A stretch of DNA of 64,000 bases from a bacterium (GCA_016700035.1 CP064998.1:590790-654789); one strand, 5' to 3'; counted from the stretch's first letter, positions 38,696-48,828 are shown. A program made the numbers and translations. The notes: generated by a model from the letters alone, not told the origin.

Positions 38696-38950
38696 CTAGC
38701 GCGCCGATAAAGCCGCATCTAGCTTGGGTTTATCAAACCCAATAATAATCTCCCCGCTGATGTCCGTTACTGGCACACCCATTTGCTGAGACTTATCGAT
38801 CATCTCCTGTGCCTTTGCCGGATCAGCCATCACATTGACTTCTTCAAAAGCAATACCCTTCTCATCTAAGTAGGCTTTTACGTGCTTACAGAATACACAT
38901 GTCGGTGTAGTATAGACAATTATTTTATCTTTTGCTGTTGAGTCAACCAT
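38696..38950 (-). CDS. Glutaredoxin-like / NrdH-like small redoxin (CVFC). Start is at the internal ATG after the GGGAG RBS; the ORF track extends to 39043.
   Basis: IIVYTTPTCVFCKHVKAYLDEKGIAFEEVNV is a glutaredoxin-fold signature. Confidence 0.7.
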   Translation of the reverse strand: MVDSTAKDKIIVYTTPTCVFCKHVKAYLDEKGIAFEEVNVMADPAKAQEMIDKSQQMGVPVTDISGEIIIGFDKPKLDAALSAR

Positions 38951-39021
38951 ATTTTTAATCTCCCTATAATCACCTACATTATACAATATATTCTTATCTA
39001 TTTTAACCCTAAAGTGGCCGA

Positions 39022-40032
39022 TTACGGCTGAGCCGATAGCCACTTAGAGCAAGTAATCGCTGCTTTTGCGCCTTCACCAGCCGCAATTATAATTTGCTTT
39101 TCTTCAACATTAGTGGCATCACCGGCCGCAAAGATACCTGTTTGAGAAGTCATATTCTTGCGATCAATAATAATCTCACCTTCTTCATTTAAATCAACCA
39201 CACCCTTCACGCTGCCAGTTGCAGGAATTGAGCCAATCTCAATAAACACCCCTTCCACCGCCAGCTCTTTATCTAGCCCAGATACAGAATCACGCAGACT
39301 AATTTGACGCACAAATTTATCGCCCGAAATAGTAAGTACTTGGGTGTTATTGAGTACTCGAATATTTGGTGCGGCAATAGCTTTTTCAATCATCACTTCA
39401 TCGGCAGAAAGCTCGGGGGTAATATTGATAATGGTAATTTCTCGTGCTAGTTTTTGAACCGAGATGGCGGCATCTAATGCAGAATTTCCACCGCCAATGA
39501 TTGCTACCGATTTACCTCGAAACAGCGGGCCGTCACACCAGGCACAATATGTTACACCCTTATTTAAGAACTCAGCTTCGCCGGCAATACCAAGTTTACG
39601 TGGAATTTTCCCGGGAGCTAAAATAACTGACCGAGACGAATATTCACTACCATCGCCTAGTTTTAAGGAAAAACTACCGACTACCTTTTCAATATTTGTA
39701 ACGCCCTGAGTGACAAATTTTAATGTAATCTCATCAGAGAATTCTTGTACATGATCCTGAAAATGCTTAGTTAGATCGGCGCCAGTAACCATAGAAAATC
39801 CTAAATAATTTTCAATATCCGAACTCCAAGCTGCCTGTCCACCCAAATCTTTAGTTAACATAATAACCTTAAGTTTTTTACGTGCGCAGTAAATTGCTGC
39901 CGTCATACCAGCCGGACCGCCGCCAACTATCGCCACATCATATAAACTATCACTCGACCGATCACTAGATGGCGAATGAGTTTGAGCTAAATTAGTCGCT
40001 ACAGCGTCAGATGAAGTTGCTATTCCGCCCAT
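39022..40032 (-). CDS. trxB: Thioredoxin-disulfide reductase
   Basis: FAD-binding GGGPAG, redox-active CAWCDG, NAD(P)-binding GGGNSA; 336 aa. Confidence 0.85.
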   Translation of the reverse strand: MGGIATSSDAVATNLAQTHSPSSDRSSDSLYDVAIVGGGPAGMTAAIYCARKKLKVIMLTKDLGGQAAWSSDIENYLGFSMVTGADLTKHFQDHVQEFSDEITLKFVTQGVTNIEKVVGSFSLKLGDGSEYSSRSVILAPGKIPRKLGIAGEAEFLNKGVTYCAWCDGPLFRGKSVAIIGGGNSALDAAISVQKLAREITIINITPELSADEVMIEKAIAAPNIRVLNNTQVLTISGDKFVRQISLRDSVSGLDKELAVEGVFIEIGSIPATGSVKGVVDLNEEGEIIIDRKNMTSQTGIFAAGDATNVEEKQIIIAAGEGAKAAITCSKWLSAQP

Positions 40033-40050
40033 ATCATAAGCATTATACCA

Positions 40051-40344
40051 CTAGTGTCGACGAAAAATTACCCAACTTATAATAGCTATTTCTACTGCCA
40101 TCAACAGTGTCAAAGCTAGGAATAAAGAATCAAGATTAAGTTTGCCGCCACTAAGCATCACAACAAGTGCCCCGAAAGCACCAGTTAAAGCCAGTTGAAA
40201 AATAAATACTCCAACAAAATACAAGAGATACTTCCACAGAAATCCCGCCTGCCAAAACTGAGCTCCTCGTTTTTTCATAATAACTGGAACCGACCACAAT
40301 AACATGATCGCCACATAACCCAACACTATCCTAAGAGCATTCAT
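40051..40344 (-). CDS. Hypothetical small membrane protein (3 TM)
   Basis: ORF, hydrophobic. Confidence 0.4.
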   Translation of the reverse strand: MNALRIVLGYVAIMLLWSVPVIMKKRGAQFWQAGFLWKYLLYFVGVFIFQLALTGAFGALVVMLSGGKLNLDSLFLALTLLMAVEIAIISWVIFRRH

Positions 40345-41387
40345 TAATTTCTATATTCTTTTGGCTCGTAATCCTTCGGTGCACTCTTTAATAGGGCTTC
40401 TAGTTTTGATTTTGAAAGCAAGCCGGCCTGTGCCCCAATGTCCTGCACTACACTCATAGAATTTATTGGCCCCCACTGCATTGCAGTTTTAACATCGCCA
40501 TCACTATAAATTAAGCCAGCTACAAATGTACTGGTATAAGCATCGCCAGCACCAGTCCGCTCAAACGGAGGCTTGGGATCCGGATAGTTGCGCATCTGCC
40601 AAACTGTTGTGCCATCCGATGCGTAGCTACCCTTTGGACCATCGGTAATCGCCACAATCCTCGCCCCTTCCTTGTGAATAGCGTGAGCAAGCTCGGCGAT
40701 ATCATCTGTATTTTTACCAGTCATCATCTGAGCTTCTTCTTTATTTACAACAAATAACTCGGTATGTCGCATCAAATCCTTAAGTTCGGCAAAACCTTTA
40801 CGCATCTGAAATGTACCAGGCTGAAAAGCCAACTTCACATCCGGGTGCTTCTTGAGGTATTCAACAATTTTAGCGTGCACCCCCCAACCTGCCTCACCTA
40901 AGGAGCTCAAGTAAATCCATTTAGGCGTATCTTCAACTGGAATATGTGGCCACGCATAAGAATACGTCTCGTGCTTAATTAAAATTGTCCGATCGGCATC
41001 ATACCACAGCACAAAATGAAAGTTACTGGCCTTACCTTTATGCGCGTCAATATACTGAGTTTGCACCCGATTACCCTTCAAGCTTTCTAGCATTTTCTGA
41101 CCAATATCATCTTGCCCCATATTGCTATACAGGCTAGACTTCAGACCCAGCCGAGCAAAACTAACCGCTGCATTTGGACTATTCCCAACGCCATGCACCG
41201 TAACCGCATACTCAAATGGAATCTTAGAACCATATGTCATACACAGCAAGGGATGCTTATCTTTAGCATCTTTTTCTATTTCAGCCTCAGCCGGTAGTAG
41301 CCGTATAAATGAGTCTGATACTATATCTCCCACCGCTAAAACATCAATTCTGTGTGTCATATTATTCGCCTCCTTTATCAAAAACAC
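40344..41387 (-). CDS. PfkB-family carbohydrate kinase (ribokinase-like), canonical GAGD motif
   Basis: TGAGDAYTSTFVAGL C-terminal motif and an N-terminal GD-type motif. Confidence 0.7.
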   Translation of the reverse strand: MFLIKEANNMTHRIDVLAVGDIVSDSFIRLLPAEAEIEKDAKDKHPLLCMTYGSKIPFEYAVTVHGVGNSPNAAVSFARLGLKSSLYSNMGQDDIGQKMLESLKGNRVQTQYIDAHKGKASNFHFVLWYDADRTILIKHETYSYAWPHIPVEDTPKWIYLSSLGEAGWGVHAKIVEYLKKHPDVKLAFQPGTFQMRKGFAELKDLMRHTELFVVNKEEAQMMTGKNTDDIAELAHAIHKEGARIVAITDGPKGSYASDGTTVWQMRNYPDPKPPFERTGAGDAYTSTFVAGLIYSDGDVKTAMQWGPINSMSVVQDIGAQAGLLSKSKLEALLKSAPKDYEPKEYRN

Positions 41388-42336
41388 TTATGTCTATCTT
41401 CATTATATCGACTTCTGTATTGGAAAGAATACCAATTCTAGTCCCCAAATAAGAAATCACCGACGTAGCGTTAGCTGATGCAAAGCTAATTGCCTGTTGC
41501 ATAGTTTTACCTTGAATAATTGACGCAATCAAACCCGAACCATAAGCATAACCAGCTCCACTACGATCGACCACCGCAACCTTCTTATATAAACCAGCCG
41601 TATACACATAACTACCATCAAGAATTGTTGCACCATTCTCCGAGTCGGTAATAACCACCGTGTGCAACCCTTCGCTACGAGCCACAATTAACATTCCATC
41701 AATTACTTCTGCACCAAACAAAGTTGTCGCCTCACGTCGATTAAGAATTACCACATCAACTCGACTCAAAATATTTAGCAGTCGCTTTGGCTTAGAGAGT
41801 TCCAGGGGTCCAGGGTTTACTGCCACTCGAACATCATGAGCCTCGGCCCACTTTACCAAGCGATTTAATACCGTTAGATCACCACCAAGTGATGTAATAT
41901 AGAGCCATTTTGTAGATATTTTCGTTAAATCAAAATCTTTCGTTCGATATTCATAACCGGCTCCGCGATGGACAAACGTGGTGTCTTCTCCATTGGGGCC
42001 CTTTAGTATCAGTGATAAGCCAGTCTGATGACCCTTATCTTGAACTAGCAAAGAAGTAATACGTTCTTTTGCAAGGCTAGCACTAATTTCTTGACCCGAC
42101 CCATCAACACCAACCTTTGCCATGCACGCCACCTTTAAACCAGTCCGGGCAAATGTAACGGCAGAGTTTGGGGCACCACCACCAATATCTGTTGCAATAT
42201 CCGGCAAATCAATCTTAGTATTTGCCGGTATCACAATTACCGGTTCACCATCTGAATTAAAGGCTGCAAAATCTTTAGAAATTAGATAAGTATCACGAGT
42301 GGCCGTACCAACCACAACTACATCAAACTTCTTCAC
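41362..42336 (-). CDS. PfkB-family carbohydrate kinase paralog in which the catalytic Asp of GAGD is replaced (GAGY)
   Basis: DRSGAGYAYGSGL at the position of DTTGAGD. Confidence 0.6.
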   Translation of the reverse strand: MKKFDVVVVGTATRDTYLISKDFAAFNSDGEPVIVIPANTKIDLPDIATDIGGGAPNSAVTFARTGLKVACMAKVGVDGSGQEISASLAKERITSLLVQDKGHQTGLSLILKGPNGEDTTFVHRGAGYEYRTKDFDLTKISTKWLYITSLGGDLTVLNRLVKWAEAHDVRVAVNPGPLELSKPKRLLNILSRVDVVILNRREATTLFGAEVIDGMLIVARSEGLHTVVITDSENGATILDGSYVYTAGLYKKVAVVDRSGAGYAYGSGLIASIIQGKTMQQAISFASANATSVISYLGTRIGILSNTEVDIMKIDISVFDKGGE

Positions 42337-43331
42337 TTTTTATTCTTTCGCTTGAGTACCTGCTTGGCAGACTTTTCTATAAATGGTGCTGTTAGTCGAT
42401 AATGCTCCCATAGTTCAGCTACCGTACCAGATTGGCCAAAGCAATCATGTATGCCAATCTGCTCCAATGGAGCTGGATATTCTCCGCTTAATAGTTCCGC
42501 TACAGCTCCTCCCAAACCACCAGCAATTTGCGCTTCTTCAATCGTCACAACAGCCTGTGTTTTTTTAACACTAGCTAGTATCGTTTCGGTATCCAGTGGC
42601 TTAATAGTTGGACAATTAATGACCGTTGCCTGAATGCCAGCCTTAGTTAATAATTCAGCCGCCTTTAGAGTCTCATAAGTTAGCGGACCAGCAACAATCA
42701 AAGTAACATCTTCACCTTCTCGCCAAACATAGGCCTTGCCTAGCTGAAAGGGTGAGTCCAGAGTAGTAACAGTTGGGCTCTTTTCACGCGCCAAGCGCAG
42801 GTACCCCGGCTTACGAGCATGCGCCAGGGCCAACGTAGCCTTACGCGCCTCGTGTTCATCGCATGGAACCACCACTTGCATATTAGGTAAAGCTCGCATA
42901 ATCGCAATATCTTCTAGCATCTGGTGCGTGCCACCATCTGGACCAACCGATACCCCAGCATGCGATCCAACTACAATAACGGGCTGTTCATTCATGCAGA
43001 TTGCCACCCGAATTTGATCGAAATTTCGGCCCGGTGAAAAGGCAGCATAAGAACTAACAAAGGGTGTTTTACCGACAGCTGCAAGACCAGCCCCAACAGC
43101 AGCCATATTCTGTTCAGTAATACCGACCTCTACAAATCGTTCTGGATATTTTTTCATAAATGACTCCATTTGGGTCGACTCAGTTAGATCAGCACACAGA
43201 GCAACCACCCGCTCATCCTGATCGCCAGCCAACACCAGCCCCTCACCAAAACCTTTACGATTTGGTGCATGCTCTAGCATCTCAGTAAAGAGTTGCTGTG
43301 ATAAATGATCGCTATATTTACTCATGCTCAC
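42333..43331 (-). CDS. tkt: Transketolase, C-terminal section (pyrimidine-binding plus C-terminal domains)
   Basis: Split-transketolase subunit; motifs of Transket_pyr. Confidence 0.85.
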   Translation of the reverse strand: MSMSKYSDHLSQQLFTEMLEHAPNRKGFGEGLVLAGDQDERVVALCADLTESTQMESFMKKYPERFVEVGITEQNMAAVGAGLAAVGKTPFVSSYAAFSPGRNFDQIRVAICMNEQPVIVVGSHAGVSVGPDGGTHQMLEDIAIMRALPNMQVVVPCDEHEARKATLALAHARKPGYLRLAREKSPTVTTLDSPFQLGKAYVWREGEDVTLIVAGPLTYETLKAAELLTKAGIQATVINCPTIKPLDTETILASVKKTQAVVTIEEAQIAGGLGGAVAELLSGEYPAPLEQIGIHDCFGQSGTVAELWEHYRLTAPFIEKSAKQVLKRKNKK

Positions 43332-44196
43332 TCCGTATCTTACCGCGTAAAGTTCTTAGCTCCTTTAACGCAACTTTAGCTTGCTCAGCTTGTGGCGGAT
43401 CTCCAGCTACATCCTTTAGGCCAGGCGGTATGCCATGCCAGATTGGCTCATTTTCCATATAATCTACCCCTTTACCAGGAATGGTATGGGCAATAATAAC
43501 TGTTGGTCGCTCAAAAATTGCTTGAGCGTGTTCACAAGCTCCAACAATTTCAGCAATATTATGACCATCAATCTCTAAAACATGCCAGCCAAATGCCTGC
43601 CACTTCATCGCCAGTGGCTCCAGAGGCATAACATCTTCGGTAAAACCATCGATCTGAATATTATTACGATCCACAATAACTGTTAAATTATTTAGCTTCT
43701 TAGCCGACGCAAACAAAGCTGCTTCCCAAATAATACCTTCGTTTAGCTCACCATCACCAGTTAAACAATAAACTCTCTGTTTTGCGTCGTTCATCTTAAA
43801 GCCCAAAGCCATACCAGCAGCCTGCGGTAAACCAATCCCCAATGGTCCGGAGGTATTTTCTACGCCCGGCAAACAAATCCGCTCTGGGTGACCTTGCAGG
43901 CGTGTACCAAACTTACGTAATGTTTTTAATTCGGACTTCGGGAAATAACCAACTTCCGCCATCGTGGCATACAAAACGGGGGCAATATGTCCATTCGACA
44001 GCACTACTCGATCGCGCTCCGGCCAATCGGGGTGCTTTGGATCGTACTGTACCACTTCATAAAATAGAGCCGTGAACACATCGGCCATTCCAAGTGGGCC
44101 AGCTGAATGACCTGAGCCAGCCTCCACCAACATAGCAATAATCTCCTGGCGAATTGTATTAGCCTTGAGCTCGAGTGCCTTAACAGAGTTTTTCAT
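43318..44196 (-). CDS. tkt: Transketolase, N-terminal section (thiamine diphosphate-binding)
   Basis: GHSAGPLGMADV, GDGELNEG TPP-binding motifs. Confidence 0.85.
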   Translation of the reverse strand: MKNSVKALELKANTIRQEIIAMLVEAGSGHSAGPLGMADVFTALFYEVVQYDPKHPDWPERDRVVLSNGHIAPVLYATMAEVGYFPKSELKTLRKFGTRLQGHPERICLPGVENTSGPLGIGLPQAAGMALGFKMNDAKQRVYCLTGDGELNEGIIWEAALFASAKKLNNLTVIVDRNNIQIDGFTEDVMPLEPLAMKWQAFGWHVLEIDGHNIAEIVGACEHAQAIFERPTVIIAHTIPGKGVDYMENEPIWHGIPPGLKDVAGDPPQAEQAKVALKELRTLRGKIRSEHE

Positions 44197-44825
44197 GTAT
44201 TCAACACCTCCATAAGTTCATGATAACGGGTCAAGATATTTTCAGCCCCAAATAAATAGCTATTAGTATTCACTACGTCAAATTTGGCGCTGGCAATTTT
44301 TTTCAAACTCTCTGTGGCTACTCCGCCATCTAAGCCAACCTCACCGTCAAAACCTAGATCACGCAATTCGACCGCACGGCTTAATACTTTAGTCTGTAAC
44401 TTTTGGCCGGCAAAACCAGCTGGATAGGCCATTACCAAAATATAGCTCAACCGATCAATAAACCCCGATAATTTATCAAGCTCAGTATCTGGATTTATTG
44501 CTACTCCAGCTCTAATACCGTTGGATTTAATCTTTTCTACTGCCCCAGCGACGTCTTCCGCTCCGTCATACTGCACAATAATCGTATAGGGCCTTAATTT
44601 AACACTTGGCGCAACATACTCCTTGGGCCGCTTCACCATCAAGTGAATGTCAACCTTGAGGCCAGCCGGTGGTTGCAGATCTTGAGGTTGGACAGTACGA
44701 TTATCAACCAGCTCACCATCTATAATATCTAGCTGCACTCGATCAGTTAGCTGGCGAACTAACTGAAGCTTGCGACGACATTCAGCTGAGCTAGCCTCTA
44801 AAATAGCTGGTATTACTTTGGTCAT
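44193..44825 (-). CDS. rpe: Ribulose-phosphate 3-epimerase-like protein
   Basis: VIPAILEAS...DIIDGELVDN...VDIHLMV pattern of Rpe TIM barrel. Confidence 0.65.
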   Translation of the reverse strand: MTKVIPAILEASSAECRRKLQLVRQLTDRVQLDIIDGELVDNRTVQPQDLQPPAGLKVDIHLMVKRPKEYVAPSVKLRPYTIIVQYDGAEDVAGAVEKIKSNGIRAGVAINPDTELDKLSGFIDRLSYILVMAYPAGFAGQKLQTKVLSRAVELRDLGFDGEVGLDGGVATESLKKIASAKFDVVNTNSYLFGAENILTRYHELMEVLNT

Positions 44826-45298
44826 TAATTACGCTCTTCCAAATCTGAAATTTGCTCAAGTCTTCGCTCATGACGCTCTTTTCCAGAAAAAGGTGTAGTA
44901 AGCCAAATACGGGCAATCGCGCCCATTTCAGACAAGGAAAGGTGGTCGGCTGGCAAGGATAATACGTTAGAATCATTATCTTCACGAGTTTCTTTTGCTA
45001 CCGCCTGATTCCAAACTAAGGCAGCTCGTACGCCATCAATTTTATTGGCAGCAATTGCCATCCCCTCGCCAGATCGACAAACCAAAATACCCATTGAGCC
45101 TGGTTCAGCAACAACCGCTTGCGCCACACTCTCGGCAAATAGTGTAAAATCATCGGCTGGATCGAGTTGAGTTGGCCCCATATCAACGACCGTAAACTCC
45201 GACTGAAGCTCAGCCTTGAGTTGATTTTTGACCTCTAACCCACCATGATCGGCCCCTAAAAATACCTTGCTTGGTCGAAACTCCCCCTCCATACTCAT
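44825..45298 (-). CDS. rpiB: Ribose-5-phosphate isomerase B
   Basis: GADHGG..K, GILVCRSGEGMAIAANK RpiB/LacAB motifs. Confidence 0.85.
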   Translation of the reverse strand: MSMEGEFRPSKVFLGADHGGLEVKNQLKAELQSEFTVVDMGPTQLDPADDFTLFAESVAQAVVAEPGSMGILVCRSGEGMAIAANKIDGVRAALVWNQAVAKETREDNDSNVLSLPADHLSLSEMGAIARIWLTTPFSGKERHERRLEQISDLEERN

Positions 45299-45304
45299 CG
45301 CCTC

Positions 45305-46333
45305 CTACTTTAGCTTCTTACCAACCAATGCGACCAGCTCAACAAGCCGATTCGAATACCCCCATTCATTGTCATACCAAGCCACAACTTTTAGCATATT
45401 GCTCCCCACTACGTTAGTGAGCTTACTGTCCACAATTGAGCTGTGGGGATTACCGATAAAATCCGATGAAACCAGCTCTTCCTCGGTATAAGCTAAGACA
45501 TGCCTAAAGCGTGGGCTTGCAGCTGCTTTCTTGAGTACCTTATTCACCTCCTCAACCGTCACATCTCGCTTAACCAAGAAGGTAAAATCTGCCAGCGAAA
45601 CAACCGGAGTTGGCACCCGAACTGACAGCCCCTGAAATACGCCCTCCAAAGCTGGTAGCGCTTTAGCCGCCGCAATAGTGGCACCAGTGCTAGTTGGGAC
45701 AATATTTTCTGCAGCATTACGACCTTCACGCAGGTCTTTTGACGGCGCATCTTGCAATGCCTGACTAGCCGTATAACTATGGGTGGTAGTCATCATGGCT
45801 TTTTCAATTCCAAAAGCCTCTTCAATAACGGCCGCTACTGGGGTAATACAGTTTGTAGTACAGCTAGCATTAGAGTAAACATTAAATTGCTTGATGTCGA
45901 GTGCATCTTCATTCACGCCAATTACATGGGTTGCCACCTGACTGTCATCACCCTTGGCAGGGGCCGATATCACTACCTTACGAGCACCCGCTTTAATATG
46001 CAAACTAGCATCTTCTCCTTTTACAAAACGTCCAGTCGACTCAATTACAACATCAATTTTGAGCTTTTTCCACGGCAACTTCTGCGGTTCACGCTCGGCA
46101 GTTACAATAATTTTCTTACCATCTACAATAATATGGCGCTCATCAAAATCAACATCATGACGATAGGCCCCATAATTGGAGTCATGCTTTAAAAGATGCG
46201 CCAAAGTGCGAGTATCGGCTAAATCATTAATTGCAACAATCCGAATATCTGGGCGAGCAAAAGCAATCTTAAACGCATTACGACCAATCCGGCCAAAACC
46301 ATTAATAGCAATTCTAATCATATCTTGAGGCAT
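45305..46333 (-). CDS. gap: Glyceraldehyde-3-phosphate dehydrogenase
   Basis: INGFGRIGR, SNASCTTNC catalytic-Cys motif. Confidence 0.9.
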   Translation of the reverse strand: MPQDMIRIAINGFGRIGRNAFKIAFARPDIRIVAINDLADTRTLAHLLKHDSNYGAYRHDVDFDERHIIVDGKKIIVTAEREPQKLPWKKLKIDVVIESTGRFVKGEDASLHIKAGARKVVISAPAKGDDSQVATHVIGVNEDALDIKQFNVYSNASCTTNCITPVAAVIEEAFGIEKAMMTTTHSYTASQALQDAPSKDLREGRNAAENIVPTSTGATIAAAKALPALEGVFQGLSVRVPTPVVSLADFTFLVKRDVTVEEVNKVLKKAAASPRFRHVLAYTEEELVSSDFIGNPHSSIVDSKLTNVVGSNMLKVVAWYDNEWGYSNRLVELVALVGKKLK

Positions 46334-46401
46334 CCTTTATTTATTAAAAGCACTTATGCTTCTATTGTACGGCCTACCTCTACTTAGGACAAGCGCATTG
46401 A

Positions 46402-46752
46402 CTAAGACTGCGGCTTCTCGGCTTGCTTAGTGTGGGGCATACATACACCATCCTTGCATTCTCCGCCTTCAAATAAAATCTTTAGTTCTTCCGGATTATG
46501 TGCACCACACAACGCTTGGCCAGTTTGAGTATTAATAAAGCTTGGTACCGCCATAAAACCTCCACAGGCAGACTCAATCAACCCAGCATACTGTCGCATC
46601 TTCTTCTCATTCTCAGAATTATTCCAAACCTCAAGTTTTACTATCTCGCCACCTAAATCTTTTTCCAGCTGAGCTACTACCGGGCGCATTGCTATGCAGT
46701 GCGGGCAAGTTTCACCGTAAAATTCAATAATATGATTAAGATTCATCCTCAT
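46402..46752 (-). CDS. Thioredoxin-like protein (CPHC). Start is at an internal Met; the ORF track extends to 46797.
   Basis: YGETCPHCIAMRP thioredoxin active-site context. Confidence 0.65.
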   Translation of the reverse strand: MRMNLNHIIEFYGETCPHCIAMRPVVAQLEKDLGGEIVKLEVWNNSENEKKMRQYAGLIESACGGFMAVPSFINTQTGQALCGAHNPEELKILFEGGECKDGVCMPHTKQAEKPQS

Positions 46753-47206
46753 CCTCCTCTTTTTTCTTGCGACCAGACAGCCAATATATGACAGCAAAGA
46801 TAAATATTAGAGTTGATGTTAGAGCCGAGAGTAAACAGTACTGACACCAGGCTCGCAATACAAATGCCTGAATCGATGTCAGCCCAAGCGAGCTAATAAA
46901 TCCAATTGTTGACCAAGCTAAGATTGGCAGACGTCTAATTGGCTCTCGGTTTATAACGCTAAACATCACCAAAAATAGTACCACTCCATAAAAAACCACT
47001 CCCAACATCGCCACCGGAATACCCAAGACTGGCAACTCTGCAAACCGGCTCGTCAGAACTCGCTCGCAACCACCGGTAAAACTACACGTTAAGCCATCCC
47101 TAGTGTAATGCTCGATGGTTAAAATTGTCGCATCGATTAAACCAACGACAGATAGCAAGCCAAAAACTATCTGTGGCCAACCAAAGCGCCTACTGGCCTG
47201 TGCCAT
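46736..47206 (-). CDS. VKOR-family (vitamin K epoxide reductase-like) membrane oxidoreductase
   Basis: Loop Cys pair CSFTGGC and TM CxxC (CQYC); 4-5 TM. Confidence 0.7.
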   Translation of the reverse strand: MAQASRRFGWPQIVFGLLSVVGLIDATILTIEHYTRDGLTCSFTGGCERVLTSRFAELPVLGIPVAMLGVVFYGVVLFLVMFSVINREPIRRLPILAWSTIGFISSLGLTSIQAFVLRAWCQYCLLSALTSTLIFIFAVIYWLSGRKKKEEDEDES

Positions 47207-47885
47207 ACGCTGCTTCTACTGCCTGCTTTATCTTGCCCTTCAAACCTTCTGCCCCTCCATCACTCCTCATATTGAACTCAACCCCATCAATAAAGATTGT
47301 TGGAGTTCCTTGTATACCAAGCTCCAAGCCAAAATCCTTATCTCGCTTAATCGTATCCTTGCCGGTTTCAGCATTGAGATCGCGTGAGAAATCATCTGTA
47401 TTCAAACCGAGCTCACGAGCGTACTCAATAAACTTATCCTTAGGATCACCTAGCTCCGCCCAATCATCTTGATTTGCATAGAGCTTATCATGCATTTCCC
47501 AAAATTTACCTTGCTTAGCTGCCGATTCTGCTGCATAGGCCGAAACCATAGCATTTTTATGAGGCGATGGATAAAGTGGAAAATGCTTAAAGACCAGCCT
47601 GACCTTACCTTCATTTTCAGCTAGAATTTCAGTTAGAGTAGGCTCAAAAGACTTACAAGCTGGGCACTGGAAGTCAGCAAACTCCGAAAGTACCACTTTA
47701 GCATCGCTTGCACCACGACTCTGTCCCTGCTTAAGCTCTTCTTTCTGCTTATCATTTAATGTTTTGGTAGTTGGGCTAGATGATGGCTTTACGTCATTGT
47801 TTTCAGACATCGAAGCCCGCACAGCAAAAATAAGTAATGCAATAATCACAACCGTAAATAGAATGGGTATCAAATATTTCTTCAT
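47190..47885 (-). CDS. DsbA-family thiol:disulfide oxidoreductase, membrane-anchored
   Basis: FADFQCPACKSFEP CxxC motif. The stop overlaps the VKOR start. Confidence 0.75.
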   Translation of the reverse strand: MKKYLIPILFTVVIIALLIFAVRASMSENNDVKPSSSPTTKTLNDKQKEELKQGQSRGASDAKVVLSEFADFQCPACKSFEPTLTEILAENEGKVRLVFKHFPLYPSPHKNAMVSAYAAESAAKQGKFWEMHDKLYANQDDWAELGDPKDKFIEYARELGLNTDDFSRDLNAETGKDTIKRDKDFGLELGIQGTPTIFIDGVEFNMRSDGGAEGLKGKIKQAVEAAYGTGQ

Positions 47886-47921
47886 GTATTTGATTGTATC
47901 AGATTATCTACTTTAAGTGAG

Positions 47922-48185
47922 CTATAAATTTTCAAGATCTGAGGTTAGAGCATCAAGTTCCCGATCAATATCCGCATCATTGTTGGCCTCAATTTCTTTC
48001 TGATCAGCTTTAACCTCTTCAATTGACGCTGGTGCAACCGGGGTTGAAGACTCGGCTTTATTTTTGGTAGTAGTTTTTGCGGGCTGTGGAGCTACCGCCA
48101 CAAAGATGAGCGCCCCAAGCACAACAAGTATTCCAATAATTATCAATCCTTCTATTATTCCAAAGCCCTTTTGTTTTCTATTCAT
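47922..48185 (-). CDS. Prepilin-type N-terminal domain protein (type IV pilin/pseudopilin-like). Start is at the internal Met.
   Basis: QKGFGIIEGLIIIGILVV resembles the class III signal (KG|F...E+5). Confidence 0.55.
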   Translation of the reverse strand: MNRKQKGFGIIEGLIIIGILVVLGALIFVAVAPQPAKTTTKNKAESSTPVAPASIEEVKADQKEIEANNDADIDRELDALTSDLENL

Positions 48186-48828
48186 TACTAGCTCCTCCCG
48201 AGTTAGATGCATTAGCTGGCTGTCTCTCAAATGCCTGGATTACTGCCGAAAGATAGGCCTTAACTGACTGACGATAGGCCTTAATAGATGTACGAAAAAC
48301 CTGTACTTCGGCACGAATTAGCTCAGCCTGCTCCTTAGCATTATCATCCTGGCAGTTAAAGCCCTTTGCCGCGTCACGTATGGCATCGACAGAAGCCCCA
48401 ACCACCTGGCGCTTTGAGGCAATATCGGCCACTAAAACATCGCCATTTGGTACGGTCAATCCTTTCTTACTAGCAAACACCTGAGCTCGCTCTAAGCGCT
48501 CTTGAATGCGCTCTCCAGCCCGAGTCGTTCGATCCTGCAATGCACTATATTTTTCCTGTATTTTCGATCGTTTCTGCTCACAGCGAGCTATTCTGGCCTG
48601 ATCTTTCTTCTCGGTCTTCTTAGCTTTGGCTGAGTCGACTAAATCCTGCCGACGTTGTTGAGATTTTTCGCGCAAGCTTTTTATATTGTCTAAATTCTGC
48701 GCAGTATTTGATGCCGTACTGCCATGACCATGTTCAGTTTCGCTTTGATGAGCATTAGCAATATGGGGCGCAAAAACAAATACTGTGCCAAATAATATGC
48801 TAAACATTAAAAAAGATACTTTTTTCAA
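48178..48828 (-). CDS. Secreted charged coiled-coil protein
   Basis: Signal peptide MKKVSFLMFSILFGTVFVFAPHIANA. K/E/R/Q-rich helical body. Confidence 0.5.
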   Translation of the reverse strand: MKKVSFLMFSILFGTVFVFAPHIANAHQSETEHGHGSTASNTAQNLDNIKSLREKSQQRRQDLVDSAKAKKTEKKDQARIARCEQKRSKIQEKYSALQDRTTRAGERIQERLERAQVFASKKGLTVPNGDVLVADIASKRQVVGASVDAIRDAAKGFNCQDDNAKEQAELIRAEVQVFRTSIKAYRQSVKAYLSAVIQAFERQPANASNSGGASNE

